A stretch of DNA of 25,491 bases from an uncultured virus (IMG/VR IMGVR_UViG_3300031943_000020) (IMGVR_UViG_3300031943_000020), one strand, 5' to 3'. Positions 8,742 to 16,789 are shown, numbered from the stretch's first letter. Notes: a model not told the origin generated them from the letters alone. Numbers and translations are program-made.

Positions 8742-9354
8742 CCATCCCGAGGCGGGCATGGAGGAGCGACTGGGCGTGATCGAGCGCGTCGCCAATGCGG
8801 GGCGGTCCTGGCGTCATGCCACCTTTGTCTTGCTGGGTCTGGGCGGGCTGTCACTGCTGGTGCACGTCTACGCCTTTAGCCGGCCTGGCGAGAAATTTGC
8901 GGTCATTGAGATTGATACCTGTGGAGGCCAGAGCCGCGTCGTAGGACCGCTTCCGACCCATCTGTCGTTTCGGCAAGTGGCGATTAATCGCGTGCTGCAA
9001 GACTTCGTCATGGACCTGCGGGGCATCAGTACCGATGTGGAAGTCACGAAGGCCCAGTGGCGGCGATTGCGCGACCAGGTGACCCCGGAGGGGGCGCAGC
9101 TCCTCCTCCAGACAGAGGTGGACTACCAGCCGCTAACGAAGCGCGACTCGGTCGTGGTCAAGATTATTCGGGTGCAGCCGCGGGACCCGACACGCTATGA
9201 CGTGCGCTGGCAGGAGAATCGGTACAGTCCCAAGGGGGAACTCGTCGAGGGGAAGGTCTACGGGGGGTTGTTCACGTTCGAGTGGAGTACTCCCAGGGAA
9301 GCGGCGCCGCTGGGCATGCTCTTTCGCCAATGGCAGGTAGGTCAGGAAAAATGA
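8731..9354 (+). CDS. trbF: TrbF/VirB8
   Basis: EERLG..RSWR + TM helix, FVMDLRGISTD, YDVRWQENRY, PLGMLFRQW. Confidence 0.88.
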   Translation: MLTSHPEAGMEERLGVIERVANAGRSWRHATFVLLGLGGLSLLVHVYAFSRPGEKFAVIEIDTCGGQSRVVGPLPTHLSFRQVAINRVLQDFVMDLRGISTDVEVTKAQWRRLRDQVTPEGAQLLLQTEVDYQPLTKRDSVVVKIIRVQPRDPTRYDVRWQENRYSPKGELVEGKVYGGLFTFEWSTPREAAPLGMLFRQWQVGQEK

Positions 9355-10547
9355 TGGCTGGACCGTCCCCACAACCACGGTTGCGCCGCTGGGTGGTGCC
9401 GGTCGCCATCGTCGTGGGCGTGTGCCTCCTCGTAGTCGTGCTGGCGCTACCCAGTCTCGTGGCGCGGTTCTCCCTGCCGTCCTGGCACAGTGATGGGACC
9501 GACACGGCCCCGACGACGCCGGTAGTCCTCCCAGACACCTACCGAGAGCCGACGACCACCTATGGTGCCAAGCCTGTGAAGGCACTTGCCCCTGAGCCTG
9601 TTGCCCCGGTGCAGACGAGTACGCTGGCACCGGTGACGATGCCCCAGCCACCTGCTGCCTTGCTCCAACCGCCGCTGTCTACACGCCAGACGGTGAGCAC
9701 GGCGAACATCCCTACGGCGCAACTTCAGCAGACGCCAGGACTCCCTGGGGCCACCCAGCAGGCGCAGCGGCCCCTCCTGCCAGGGGAGCGCCAGCCGCCG
9801 TACCCGCTGCCGCAGACCCAAGGCGCTGGTCCCAAGCGCTGGGGGATTGACTTGACGCATACGCAGCAGCAACGGCGCCAGCCATCGGCACAGGAACGGG
9901 AAGAGGCGCGGCGGCAGGAGGAGGCGAAGAAGCTCATCAAACCAGCACTCTGGGCCACGCCTGCCTTTCCGAAAAAGACGCTCTACCGGCAGCAAGCCAT
10001 CCCAGGGATCACTATTGATGAAATGGTCAGTGACATCCCCGGACAGTACAAAATACGCGTGAGTGTGCCCGTGTACGATCGCTTTGAGCGTGACGTTGAA
10101 CTGATTCCCAAGGACTCGATTGTGATTATCACACAGAAGCGCGTACCCGGGTACGGCGAGAAGCGTCTGGAATTAGCCGTCGAGGAGATTCAGCCGCCGA
10201 CACCCGAAGTGATTAGCCTGAAGGCCTCCGTGTCGGACAAAGAAGGCGGAGCGGGGGTAGCAGGCGACGTCAACAATCATTACGGAAAGCTTATCCTGGC
10301 CACGATTATTTCCACGGCCATTAACATTGGGGGACGCGTGGCCGCAGGCACTCCACAGGGGTACCAATATAGCGTCGGGCAGGAGGTCGTGCGCGAGGCC
10401 GGACAACAGGTATCACAGGATGCGAAAACCATTATAGACCGTCAATTGCGCGTGCCCCCGACCATTACCATACCGGCGCAGACCCCTGTCAGTGTGAGTC
10501 TCCTTGAAAACGTGACGTTTAGTCGCAAACCCGTAACCGTGCGCTAA
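9351..10547 (+). CDS. trbI: TrbI/VirB10
   Basis: TM helix, Pro/Gln-rich linker, then SDIPG..VSVPVYD..LIPKDS, DKEGGAGVAGDVNNHYGKL, VPPTITIPAQ. Confidence 0.92.
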   Translation: MMAGPSPQPRLRRWVVPVAIVVGVCLLVVVLALPSLVARFSLPSWHSDGTDTAPTTPVVLPDTYREPTTTYGAKPVKALAPEPVAPVQTSTLAPVTMPQPPAALLQPPLSTRQTVSTANIPTAQLQQTPGLPGATQQAQRPLLPGERQPPYPLPQTQGAGPKRWGIDLTHTQQQRRQPSAQEREEARRQEEAKKLIKPALWATPAFPKKTLYRQQAIPGITIDEMVSDIPGQYKIRVSVPVYDRFERDVELIPKDSIVIITQKRVPGYGEKRLELAVEEIQPPTPEVISLKASVSDKEGGAGVAGDVNNHYGKLILATIISTAINIGGRVAAGTPQGYQYSVGQEVVREAGQQVSQDAKTIIDRQLRVPPTITIPAQTPVSVSLLENVTFSRKPVTVR

Positions 10548-10562
10548 CCGCGAGGGACGACG

Positions 10563-11261
10563 ATGCGTGTTGTCTGTCTTGTAGTAGTCCTTATGCTCGG
10601 GGGCTGCGTGATTGGCGACGTGGCACCGCCTGAGTTGCCTCTGGGGCCGCTGGTGACGTATGCGCCCCCGGATACACCGCCGGATGCCATTCCCCCGACG
10701 CCCACACTGATTGCCTTTACGCCACCGGTCATCCCCAGCCCTCCCCCAAAGGTTGCGCGGGTGGAGCGATTAAAGGACCTTCCAGCATCCAAGCCGGAGC
10801 CGGTGCCGCAGCCTACCATGATGATTAAAGATGCGCACCGGGCCGCGCAGATCGAGCCCCAGGCCCGCGGCTATCATGGCCAGAGTGCGACGCAACGCTG
10901 GATCTGGCAGCCTGGAAAATTGTACGTGGTGTATGTGGCGTCGAGCCAGATGACCAAGATTGTGCTGCCGCCCGGCGAGTTGCTCGTGTCGAAGGTGTTT
11001 CTCGATCCGGAACTCTGGGACGTGCAATCGTACCGGGTCGGCAACGAGACGCAGACACAGGACGTCGTGTTCGTGCGGCCCTTAGAGGCGAAGGAGGGGA
11101 AAGGGGCGAAAGATGTAGACCTGGCGCTCCTGACCGAGCAGGGCCATAGCTATGATGTCCATTTGAAGGTAGGGAGTACGGGCATGTTCAGCGTGACGTG
11201 GTCGAATCCGACCGTCCCGCAACTGCTCGTCGATGATCAGCCCTTGAGGAGTCATCCATGA
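10563..11261 (+). CDS. trbG: TrbG/VirB9-like protein (N-terminal domain only)
   Basis: Lipobox LGGC, Pro-rich linker, WQPGKLYVVY..TKIVLPPGELL..VFVRP..HSYDVHL..FSVTW; ends soon after. Confidence 0.8.
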   Translation: MRVVCLVVVLMLGGCVIGDVAPPELPLGPLVTYAPPDTPPDAIPPTPTLIAFTPPVIPSPPPKVARVERLKDLPASKPEPVPQPTMMIKDAHRAAQIEPQARGYHGQSATQRWIWQPGKLYVVYVASSQMTKIVLPPGELLVSKVFLDPELWDVQSYRVGNETQTQDVVFVRPLEAKEGKGAKDVDLALLTEQGHSYDVHLKVGSTGMFSVTWSNPTVPQLLVDDQPLRSHP

Positions 11262-11818
11262 GGCGCCTGCTCTGTGCGGTATGTCTGCTTGTGGTGGGGA
11301 GTACGGCGGCGCACGGCCAACTCTTGTTTGGCTGGGAATATCCCCGCGACCTGGCCGCCGAGGCGTTCTTGCTCACGGCTGATGGCCCCGGCGGGCATCT
11401 CACCTGGCGTACGGCGCCGTCTCCCCCCGGAGCCTGTCTGGGGGACAGCAACCCGGATGCCTACTGCACCCAACTGCCGCAGTGCCCACCGTCGGGCGCT
11501 GTGCAGTTCGAGCTGACCGCCGTGGTCAAGGGCGAGCCGTCGGGTCCCAGTGCCACCCGTCTGCCGTGCCAGGTGACCAGTCAGGCACCCTGTACGGTGC
11601 AGTGTGAGGCACCCGTAGGATCGCCACCGCCGGGCAGTGGTTCGGTGGCGCAGGTGCCCATGACGGGCGAGCCCGCGCAAGTTTTTGATACGGAGAAAGG
11701 GCGCGTGGTGGTGGAGAAAGTCGACGTGCCGACCAAGGACCCGGTCACGCTGCCCCAGATTGCTGCGATGCCGGCGGTGCCGCTCTTTCAGCCGGCGGCG
11801 TCTCAGGCGCCGACGTGA
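11258..11818 (+). CDS. Secreted Cys-containing hypothetical protein
   Basis: Signal peptide ending in AAHG; ATGA-coupled to trbG; six Cys in the mature part; beta-rich pattern. Confidence 0.65.
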   Translation: MRRLLCAVCLLVVGSTAAHGQLLFGWEYPRDLAAEAFLLTADGPGGHLTWRTAPSPPGACLGDSNPDAYCTQLPQCPPSGAVQFELTAVVKGEPSGPSATRLPCQVTSQAPCTVQCEAPVGSPPPGSGSVAQVPMTGEPAQVFDTEKGRVVVEKVDVPTKDPVTLPQIAAMPAVPLFQPAASQAPT

Positions 11819-11934
11819 CATCCCTAGGCGCTCCCTGGATGGGGGCAAGGAGGTGACGATGGAGTAACGGTCCGCGTTTCTTCCCCTCGCTCCAAGCAAG
11901 GGGTCTCTACAACGTTCTTCATAAGGAGTCCAGC

Positions 11935-12447
11935 ATGTCTATCCGTATCTTTCCGACGCTCACCCTCCTGGGGCTGCTCGTACTTCCCCTGGCACAGCAG
12001 GCCACGGCTGCGAGTGAAACGAAGGCAACGACCCCGCCGCCCGTGACGGCAACGCAGCCGGTCACATCACCTCCCCCTGTGGCGACCACCCAGCCGGTCA
12101 CGGGCCAGCCAGTGGCAACCCAGCCGGTAGTGACGGCTCCGGTCCAGGAGTCGCATGAGCCGCTGTATTGGAGTGGGTGGTGTGCCGGGCAGAAGGTGGC
12201 CCTGGAACAGGCCACGCTGGCCTTGCAGACGATTCGCGATATGGTGATCAAGAGCCTCGCTGGAGACGCGGGGCAGGCCGAGGCGGGGACGGTGACCCTG
12301 CATGAAGCGTTCGAGCGCTTCTTGCTGGTACTCGCCCCGCCGCCACCAGCGGATGCCGTGGGCACCCCCGTGTTTAGCGTCGAGCTGGCGGGGACCCTGG
12401 AAATCCTCTGTCCGACGGGTGAAGTCCTCACTCCTCCTACCCCGTAA
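11935..12447 (+). CDS. Secreted hypothetical protein with Pro/Thr-rich TQPV repeats
   Basis: SD TAAGGAG, signal peptide, PPPVTATQPVTSPPPVATTQPVTGQPVATQPVV. Confidence 0.7.
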   Translation: MSIRIFPTLTLLGLLVLPLAQQATAASETKATTPPPVTATQPVTSPPPVATTQPVTGQPVATQPVVTAPVQESHEPLYWSGWCAGQKVALEQATLALQTIRDMVIKSLAGDAGQAEAGTVTLHEAFERFLLVLAPPPPADAVGTPVFSVELAGTLEILCPTGEVLTPPTP

Positions 12448-12453
12448 GGGCAT

Positions 12454-12491
12454 GGGCAGCAGGACCACCTACGCACGGGGTCCTGCTGCCC
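12454..12491. terminator. 13-bp inverted repeat between convergent operons, probable bidirectional terminator
   Basis: GGGCAGCAGGACC (12454-12466) and GGTCCTGCTGCCC (12479-12491); no clear U-tract. Confidence 0.65.
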
Positions 12492-12518
12492 TGCTGTCTG
12501 TACAACCCTTCGCGCTTC

Positions 12519-12686
12519 TCAGTTCTTCCTGGGAGTGCTCTCCTCCTCCGCTGTCTGTCCGTAGGGGCAGTCGGGGGCATGCATCGGTAGCTGGGGGTTC
12601 AGGCACACTGCGCAGTAGAAGCGTGCACAGCCACAAGGTTGGGGCACCTGATAGCGTGTCCAGGTATGTACATGGCGTGTTGTCAT
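12519..12686 (-). CDS. 55-aa Cys/His-rich putative zinc-binding protein (not in ORF track)
   Basis: MTTRHVHTWTRYQVPQPCGCARFYCAVCLNPQLPMHAPDCPYGQ...; SD AGGAG; ATGA overlap with the upstream gene. Confidence 0.6.
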   Translation of the reverse strand: MTTRHVHTWTRYQVPQPCGCARFYCAVCLNPQLPMHAPDCPYGQTAEEESTPRKN

Positions 12687-12952
12687 GGACTGATCTCCTG
12701 CATGTACTGCTCTGTCGCGTCAGAGTCCCGTTGCTCCTCGCGCATCACCTGTGCTAGGCTGGGGGGTACGGCCATCCCCAGGAGGAAGCGTAAGGCTTTG
12801 ACATTGCCTGCCAAGGTGGCAGTGCCTCCGGGGCTATCGACCCCGTTGGTATGCTCCAGGATCTCCAGATACCAGAGGACGTCTTGCAGGGCGTCGTCCG
12901 CGTCCTGCAAGGCTCGTTGGATGTCAAGGGTCGGGTAACAGCGCCGAGGCAT
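12683..12952 (-). CDS. Hypothetical protein
   Basis: SD AAAGGAG before ATG 12952 (MPRRCYP...); part of the leftward operon. Confidence 0.65.
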   Translation of the reverse strand: MPRRCYPTLDIQRALQDADDALQDVLWYLEILEHTNGVDSPGGTATLAGNVKALRFLLGMAVPPSLAQVMREEQRDSDATEQYMQEISP

Positions 12953-12971
12953 GGCACTCTCTCCTTTCGTG

Positions 12972-13244
12972 TTAGGGTTCATCGTTGGTGTCAGTGCTTA
13001 GGCACTGTGGGCAGGCACACCGTACAAAGCGCTGCTGGTCGTGCTGCCAACGAAAGCCGCGGCCATCCTCGGTTTTGACGTGGGTAAGGCACAGTCCATT
13101 CTCCAGGCGATGCCAGAGTTGAGACTGCGGCGACCGCTCATAGAGGGCCGTGCGGGTAACCAGGGCGTCGTTGGTGAGGCGGACGCCACGGCTGCTGCGG
13201 ATAAGGAGGCTGACTTCCGTCTCGGTAAGCAAGGGAAGGTCCAT
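12972..13244 (-). CDS. Hypothetical protein with C-terminal CxCxxC
   Basis: SD AAAGGAG; ends ...FVRCACPQCLS. Confidence 0.7.
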   Translation of the reverse strand: MDLPLLTETEVSLLIRSSRGVRLTNDALVTRTALYERSPQSQLWHRLENGLCLTHVKTEDGRGFRWQHDQQRFVRCACPQCLSTDTNDEP

Positions 13245-13634
13245 GGTATGGCTCCTTTCAGGTGGCGTATCTGGATCTGCGCCCAGGTGCGGACACGTGT
13301 CGTCCAGGGGTCGGCTCGCATCCAGGCCAGCGGCCCGGGGGCGCGCATCGGGTACGGGGCCGGCGCGGTCAGTGGTGCCTCCCAGTGAATACAGGTCTCC
13401 AGGGTGGAACTCCAGGGGATGCCCGCGTAGGCATCTGAGGTATGTTCAAACCACCCCGCCAGAAAACAAGCACAGAAAAGGCCTAGGGCAAAGCTCATGA
13501 GTGCGACACACACGCACGTCATGGTGAACCTGGTGCAGCGTCAGTGTTGCAGCTCTTGACGGGCACGGGCCTGCGGCGTATGGTGAACATCGTTCGCTCC
13601 TTCTCGTAGGGGGTGACACCGCTGGCAGCCGTGA

Positions 13635-14269
13635 CCTGGTGGGGTGGGGCTGCCAGCGGGGGATTCAACTCAGGTGGTCGTTACTGGGCCTGCACCGTCC
13701 CTTCCACGCGCTGCGCACAGACCCGCTCGGTCTGGTACTGCGCACTGGCGGGGGTGAGCGTTGGTGTTGCGTAGATCGCACGCAGGGTGGCTAGGGCTCC
13801 CGGGATCAGCGCGGGATCGAGCACCTGACGCACGATAGCAGCAAGCGCCTCCTGCGCGACGCCCCGATCGCGCGCAGTCGCCTGTTCAAAGGCGAGGCTG
13901 CCCAGCGTGGCGCAGAGCCGCTCAAACGCAGCCCGTATATCAACGGACGATGGCAGGGGGGGCTGGGGCTTCCTGGCCTCGGCGAAGAATGTGAGGACCA
14001 TCAGGGCCAGGCTCAGGAGGAGGCCACATGTCGAGATTTTCACGGATGAAGGCATAGACTGTGTCTCCTTGTGATACACTGAGGGTGTTGGGATGTCTCA
14101 TGGGGATCAACCCAGGGAGGCACACACCTTCCTGGGCTCTCTGCCTGCGTTACTCCTCCTCGTCAATCTCTGCCGTCTCCCGTTTGATGATCGTCACTAA
14201 CTGCTCAAACGCCATATCGCGCAGATGGCGCGGCGGAGTCCTGGTGGGGCGGGGCTGCCAGCGGGGGAT
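13635..14269. repeat. 30-bp direct repeat, two copies (13635-13664 and 14240-14269)
   Basis: CCTGGTGGGG(T/C)GGGGCTGCCAGCGGGGGAT, 29/30 identical. Confidence 0.9.
13681..14055 (-). CDS. Hypothetical exported or membrane-anchored protein
   Basis: SD AAGGAG before ATG 14055; N-terminal hydrophobic signal ending in FAEA. Confidence 0.65.
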   Translation of the reverse strand: MPSSVKISTCGLLLSLALMVLTFFAEARKPQPPLPSSVDIRAAFERLCATLGSLAFEQATARDRGVAQEALAAIVRQVLDPALIPGALATLRAIYATPTLTPASAQYQTERVCAQRVEGTVQAQ

Positions 14270-14306
14270 GTCTCTCAGACGGCACGACCCAGCGGTGCCG
14301 CACGCC

Positions 14307-14519
14307 TTAGGGCGCGGTCTCGAACCACGCATCGAATGCATCAGCCGTCATCGTCTGGGCAATAGCGATCACCTCCTGGCGTCGGGCCTCCGTGATAAAA
14401 CCGCCATACCAGGTCCACATGTGCCCGCCGTGGATCCAGAGCCGCCCAAGGTCGTTCCCGGCATATTCCCCTTCCTGTTCGATCGTTGTGATCGTGTGCC
14501 CATCGGTCGTCTGCATCAT
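14307..14519 (-). CDS. Hypothetical protein
   Basis: SD GAAGGAG, 70 aa, fits operon spacing. Confidence 0.7.
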   Translation of the reverse strand: MMQTTDGHTITTIEQEGEYAGNDLGRLWIHGGHMWTWYGGFITEARRQEVIAIAQTMTADAFDAWFETAP

Positions 14520-14555
14520 CGTCTCCTTCTAAGGGGCCTCGTGCTCCCGTAGTGG

Positions 14556-15317
14556 TTACTCCATCTCTTCGACGCTACACAGATCCACGGACAGCGCATC
14601 TCTGAGAACGCGGGCTTTCGCTCGTGTGAGACTCATCCGCCGCCACGCATCTTTGACTCGGGCCGCATTGGTGGGTGTGCTGTCGCCACACTCGACAAAC
14701 CGGCGTCCGTCCTGAAAGATGGCCACGGCCCGTGCCAAGCTCAATTGCTCCTCATTGTGTGTCCACTCTGCCTCTAAGGAGAGCAATCCTTCGGCCCGTG
14801 CGAGCTGCAACAGTCCCGTGTAGCGAATGCACTTGACCCCCTGGATCACCGTAAAGAACCGCGCCGGGAGCTGATACCGTTGCTCTGGGGCGTCCTCATC
14901 CTCACCCTCATGCTCAGGGACGGACGCTCTCTCCTGCGCCACGATCTCCCCCGTCTCCTGGTCATAGGTCGCGGGATCAATCACCAGGTCACTCTCAGGA
15001 ATCTCATGGGCACGGCGCACCATGTTGGCCGCCAGTTTGTGTTTGCACCAATTGCCCATAGCCCGGGGAAAATCCGGGCAGGTACACGTGCCATTGACGC
15101 GGTACCACCCGCCCTTGGTCGCGGCGACTTGCCACACCCCGTCCGCGTCCCGATGCACCTTGCCTTGGTCGAGGGCCAGGGCTGTCGCGGCTTCGACGCG
15201 GCCATGCAACTCGTCGGGAAATTGCCGATGCAGCTTGTCGCTCACCAGCATGACCCGCTGCGTCCACATCGCATCATGCACTTGGACGGTCTCGTCTACG
15301 TGTGCTACACTCGTCAT
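14556..15317 (-). CDS. SWIM zinc finger fused to a probable single-strand annealing / recombination domain
   Basis: VNGTCTCPDFPRAMGNWCKH (CxC..CxH), acidic linker, then IRYTGLLQLA..ARAVA..GDSTP..RMSLTRAKARVLRDAL..EEM, a pattern resembling Rad52/RecT-like phage annealases. Confidence 0.7.
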   Translation of the reverse strand: MTSVAHVDETVQVHDAMWTQRVMLVSDKLHRQFPDELHGRVEAATALALDQGKVHRDADGVWQVAATKGGWYRVNGTCTCPDFPRAMGNWCKHKLAANMVRRAHEIPESDLVIDPATYDQETGEIVAQERASVPEHEGEDEDAPEQRYQLPARFFTVIQGVKCIRYTGLLQLARAEGLLSLEAEWTHNEEQLSLARAVAIFQDGRRFVECGDSTPTNAARVKDAWRRMSLTRAKARVLRDALSVDLCSVEEME

Positions 15318-15403
15318 GATGACTTATCTCCTGTTCGGTGTTTGTGTCTCTTCGTGATGGGGGGCCGCCGGAGTCTGCGCTGCGTGCGGCCCCGTCTTCG
15401 TCC

Positions 15404-15607
15404 TTATGCCTGCGGTGTGTGGGCTTCAAGCATCTCCGCTAGCCGTACCTCTAGGGCCAGCACCTCATCAATCATCGTCTGCGGATAGTGCCGTTGCCGT
15501 GCCACCATCTTATGACAGGCCAGGCGGGTACGGAACCACCCCAGGGCCTTTAGAATGACCTCCTGGGCGTCCAGGTAGGCGGCACGACGGGTCTCATCGT
15601 CGGTCAT
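15404..15607 (-). CDS. Hypothetical protein
   Basis: SD GAGGAG, 67 aa, helical. Confidence 0.65.
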   Translation of the reverse strand: MTDDETRRAAYLDAQEVILKALGWFRTRLACHKMVARQRHYPQTMIDEVLALEVRLAEMLEAHTPQA

Positions 15608-15648
15608 GGTCGTACTCCTCTGGGGGCCTCCCGGCCCCCGATGTGGCG

Positions 15649-16176
15649 TTAGGCGATGGTCATGTGCTGGCTGTCGAGTTGACTCAGGTCGGTGCCCGCC
15701 AGTAAGTCGAGGCGGCGCTGGTCGGCGGCCAGGTCAACTCGCCCATGCAGGTGCAGGGTGGGCAGGTCCGCGTCATGCAACTCCGTGACCTGATCCTCGT
15801 CACTGATAAACCACACGCGCCCCTGCTCATCGCGGATGGCCTGGCCATGGCCGGTGGGAAGGCAGGCGTAGTACGCGATGCGCGTATACGTCTTGGGGAG
15901 GCTTGCCCGCTTCACCAACGCCTTGGCCCACCGATGCTTGCATCGGCCGTCCGGTGCCCGTGCGGCATCGGGGCAGTCACAATGCCCGTTGACCTCGTAC
16001 CGCACCTCGGCGTCACTGCCGCTCTGGACGGTCGCGGTGCCATCGGCATGCAGGGTCACATGGCCGTTGAGGGCCAGCAGTAAGCCGCGCTCGATGCGGG
16101 CCTGTTCGCCGGCGTAACGCGCGGTGGCCTGGGTCGCTAAAGTGCGTAAGGTGTTATCAAAATCTGCTATACTCAT
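15649..16176 (-). CDS. SWIM zinc-finger protein
   Basis: VNGHCDCPDAARAPDGRCKH; paralogous to the N-half of 14556-15317; SD GAAGGA. Confidence 0.8.
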   Translation of the reverse strand: MSIADFDNTLRTLATQATARYAGEQARIERGLLLALNGHVTLHADGTATVQSGSDAEVRYEVNGHCDCPDAARAPDGRCKHRWAKALVKRASLPKTYTRIAYYACLPTGHGQAIRDEQGRVWFISDEDQVTELHDADLPTLHLHGRVDLAADQRRLDLLAGTDLSQLDSQHMTIA

Positions 16177-16251
16177 CAGACTATCCTTCTGGTTGGGGGA
16201 TTGTTTCTGGGGGCCGCGCAGTGGTTGCCCGTCACTGCGCGGCTTGTGTTG

Positions 16252-16464
16252 TTAGGCTGTTTGCAGTGCCTGTACCTGGCTGTCGTATAGTGTCTTCGCG
16301 TGTGCTAACGTCCGGGCCTTTGCTTCGATCTTCCAGCTATACTCCTCCGTGTTACGCTGTCTCCGTACCCATATTTCGTACTGAGCCTTATAGCTGTTCT
16401 CGTGGAAATCCAGTCGGATACTGATGCCGTTGTCGAGCTTCGTCTTGGCCATGTTCCTGTCCAT
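16252..16464 (-). CDS. Hypothetical protein, first gene of the leftward operon
   Basis: SD GAAGGAG, 70 aa. Confidence 0.65.
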   Translation of the reverse strand: MDRNMAKTKLDNGISIRLDFHENSYKAQYEIWVRRQRNTEEYSWKIEAKARTLAHAKTLYDSQVQALQTA

Positions 16465-16725
16465 CGTCGTGCTCCTTCTCAGTGTTTCTACGTTTTCGCG
16501 TTATCAACGGGGCCACACAGCCCCGGACACCGTGGGGAGTCCTCATCCTCCCCTTATCTCCTTCTCTCCTCCCTCGTCCCTAGCCTCTTCGCCACTCTGT
16601 CTCACCCCTGAGCTTGCCCTCGCGGTAGGGCTCAGTAGACATGCGCGCCAGGTCGGCCTCTTTCAGGATTCGGTTTCTTTGTCAGGCGCTGTCCCCGTCC
16701 AGCTCGTCGTCATCAACTAAACAAT

Positions 16726-16754
16726 AGTATATAACCAAACTTGAAAACATGCAA
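16726..16754 (-). promoter_or_regulatory. Leftward sigma70-type promoter
   Basis: On the - strand: TTGCAT, 17 nt, TATACT, within an AT-rich island. Confidence 0.7.
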
Positions 16755-16760
16755 GTGTAA

Positions 16761-16789
16761 TTGACAAAAAAATAGCCAAAGTGTATAAT
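16761..16789 (+). promoter_or_regulatory. Rightward perfect-consensus sigma70 promoter
   Basis: TTGACA (16761-16766), 17 nt, TATAAT (16784-16789), followed by SD GGAGGT and ATG 16810. Confidence 0.9.

Larger units (their letters stand above)
283..12447 (+). mobile_element. Conjugation module: MOBQ relaxase + T4CP + reduced P-type (trb) T4SS with accessory genes
   Basis: Contiguous co-directional genes with abutting or overlapping start/stop codons; gene calls below. Ends at a strong hairpin at 12454-12491. Confidence 0.9.

Noticed and set aside
12448..12518. att site or insertion boundary between the tra and phage parts
   Set aside because: Only a hairpin is visible; no integrase, tRNA fragment or matching direct repeat elsewhere in the window.
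12998..13590. 174-aa minus ORF 12998-13522 and the 23-aa SD-led ORF 13519-13590 coupled to it
   Set aside because: The N-terminal TM part looks plausible, but the ORF overlaps the better-supported 12972-13244 gene by about 250 nt; possibly a degenerate gene, not callable.
14150..14341. 63-aa minus ORF ending MAFEQLVTIIKRETAEIDEEE
   Set aside because: No good SD; it runs through a hairpin and the direct repeat; at most a gene remnant.
16640..16720. Hammerhead ribozyme in the leftward leader (TGATGA...GAAAC on the - strand)
   Set aside because: The core lacks the C of CUGAUGA, and stems I-III could not be built convincingly.
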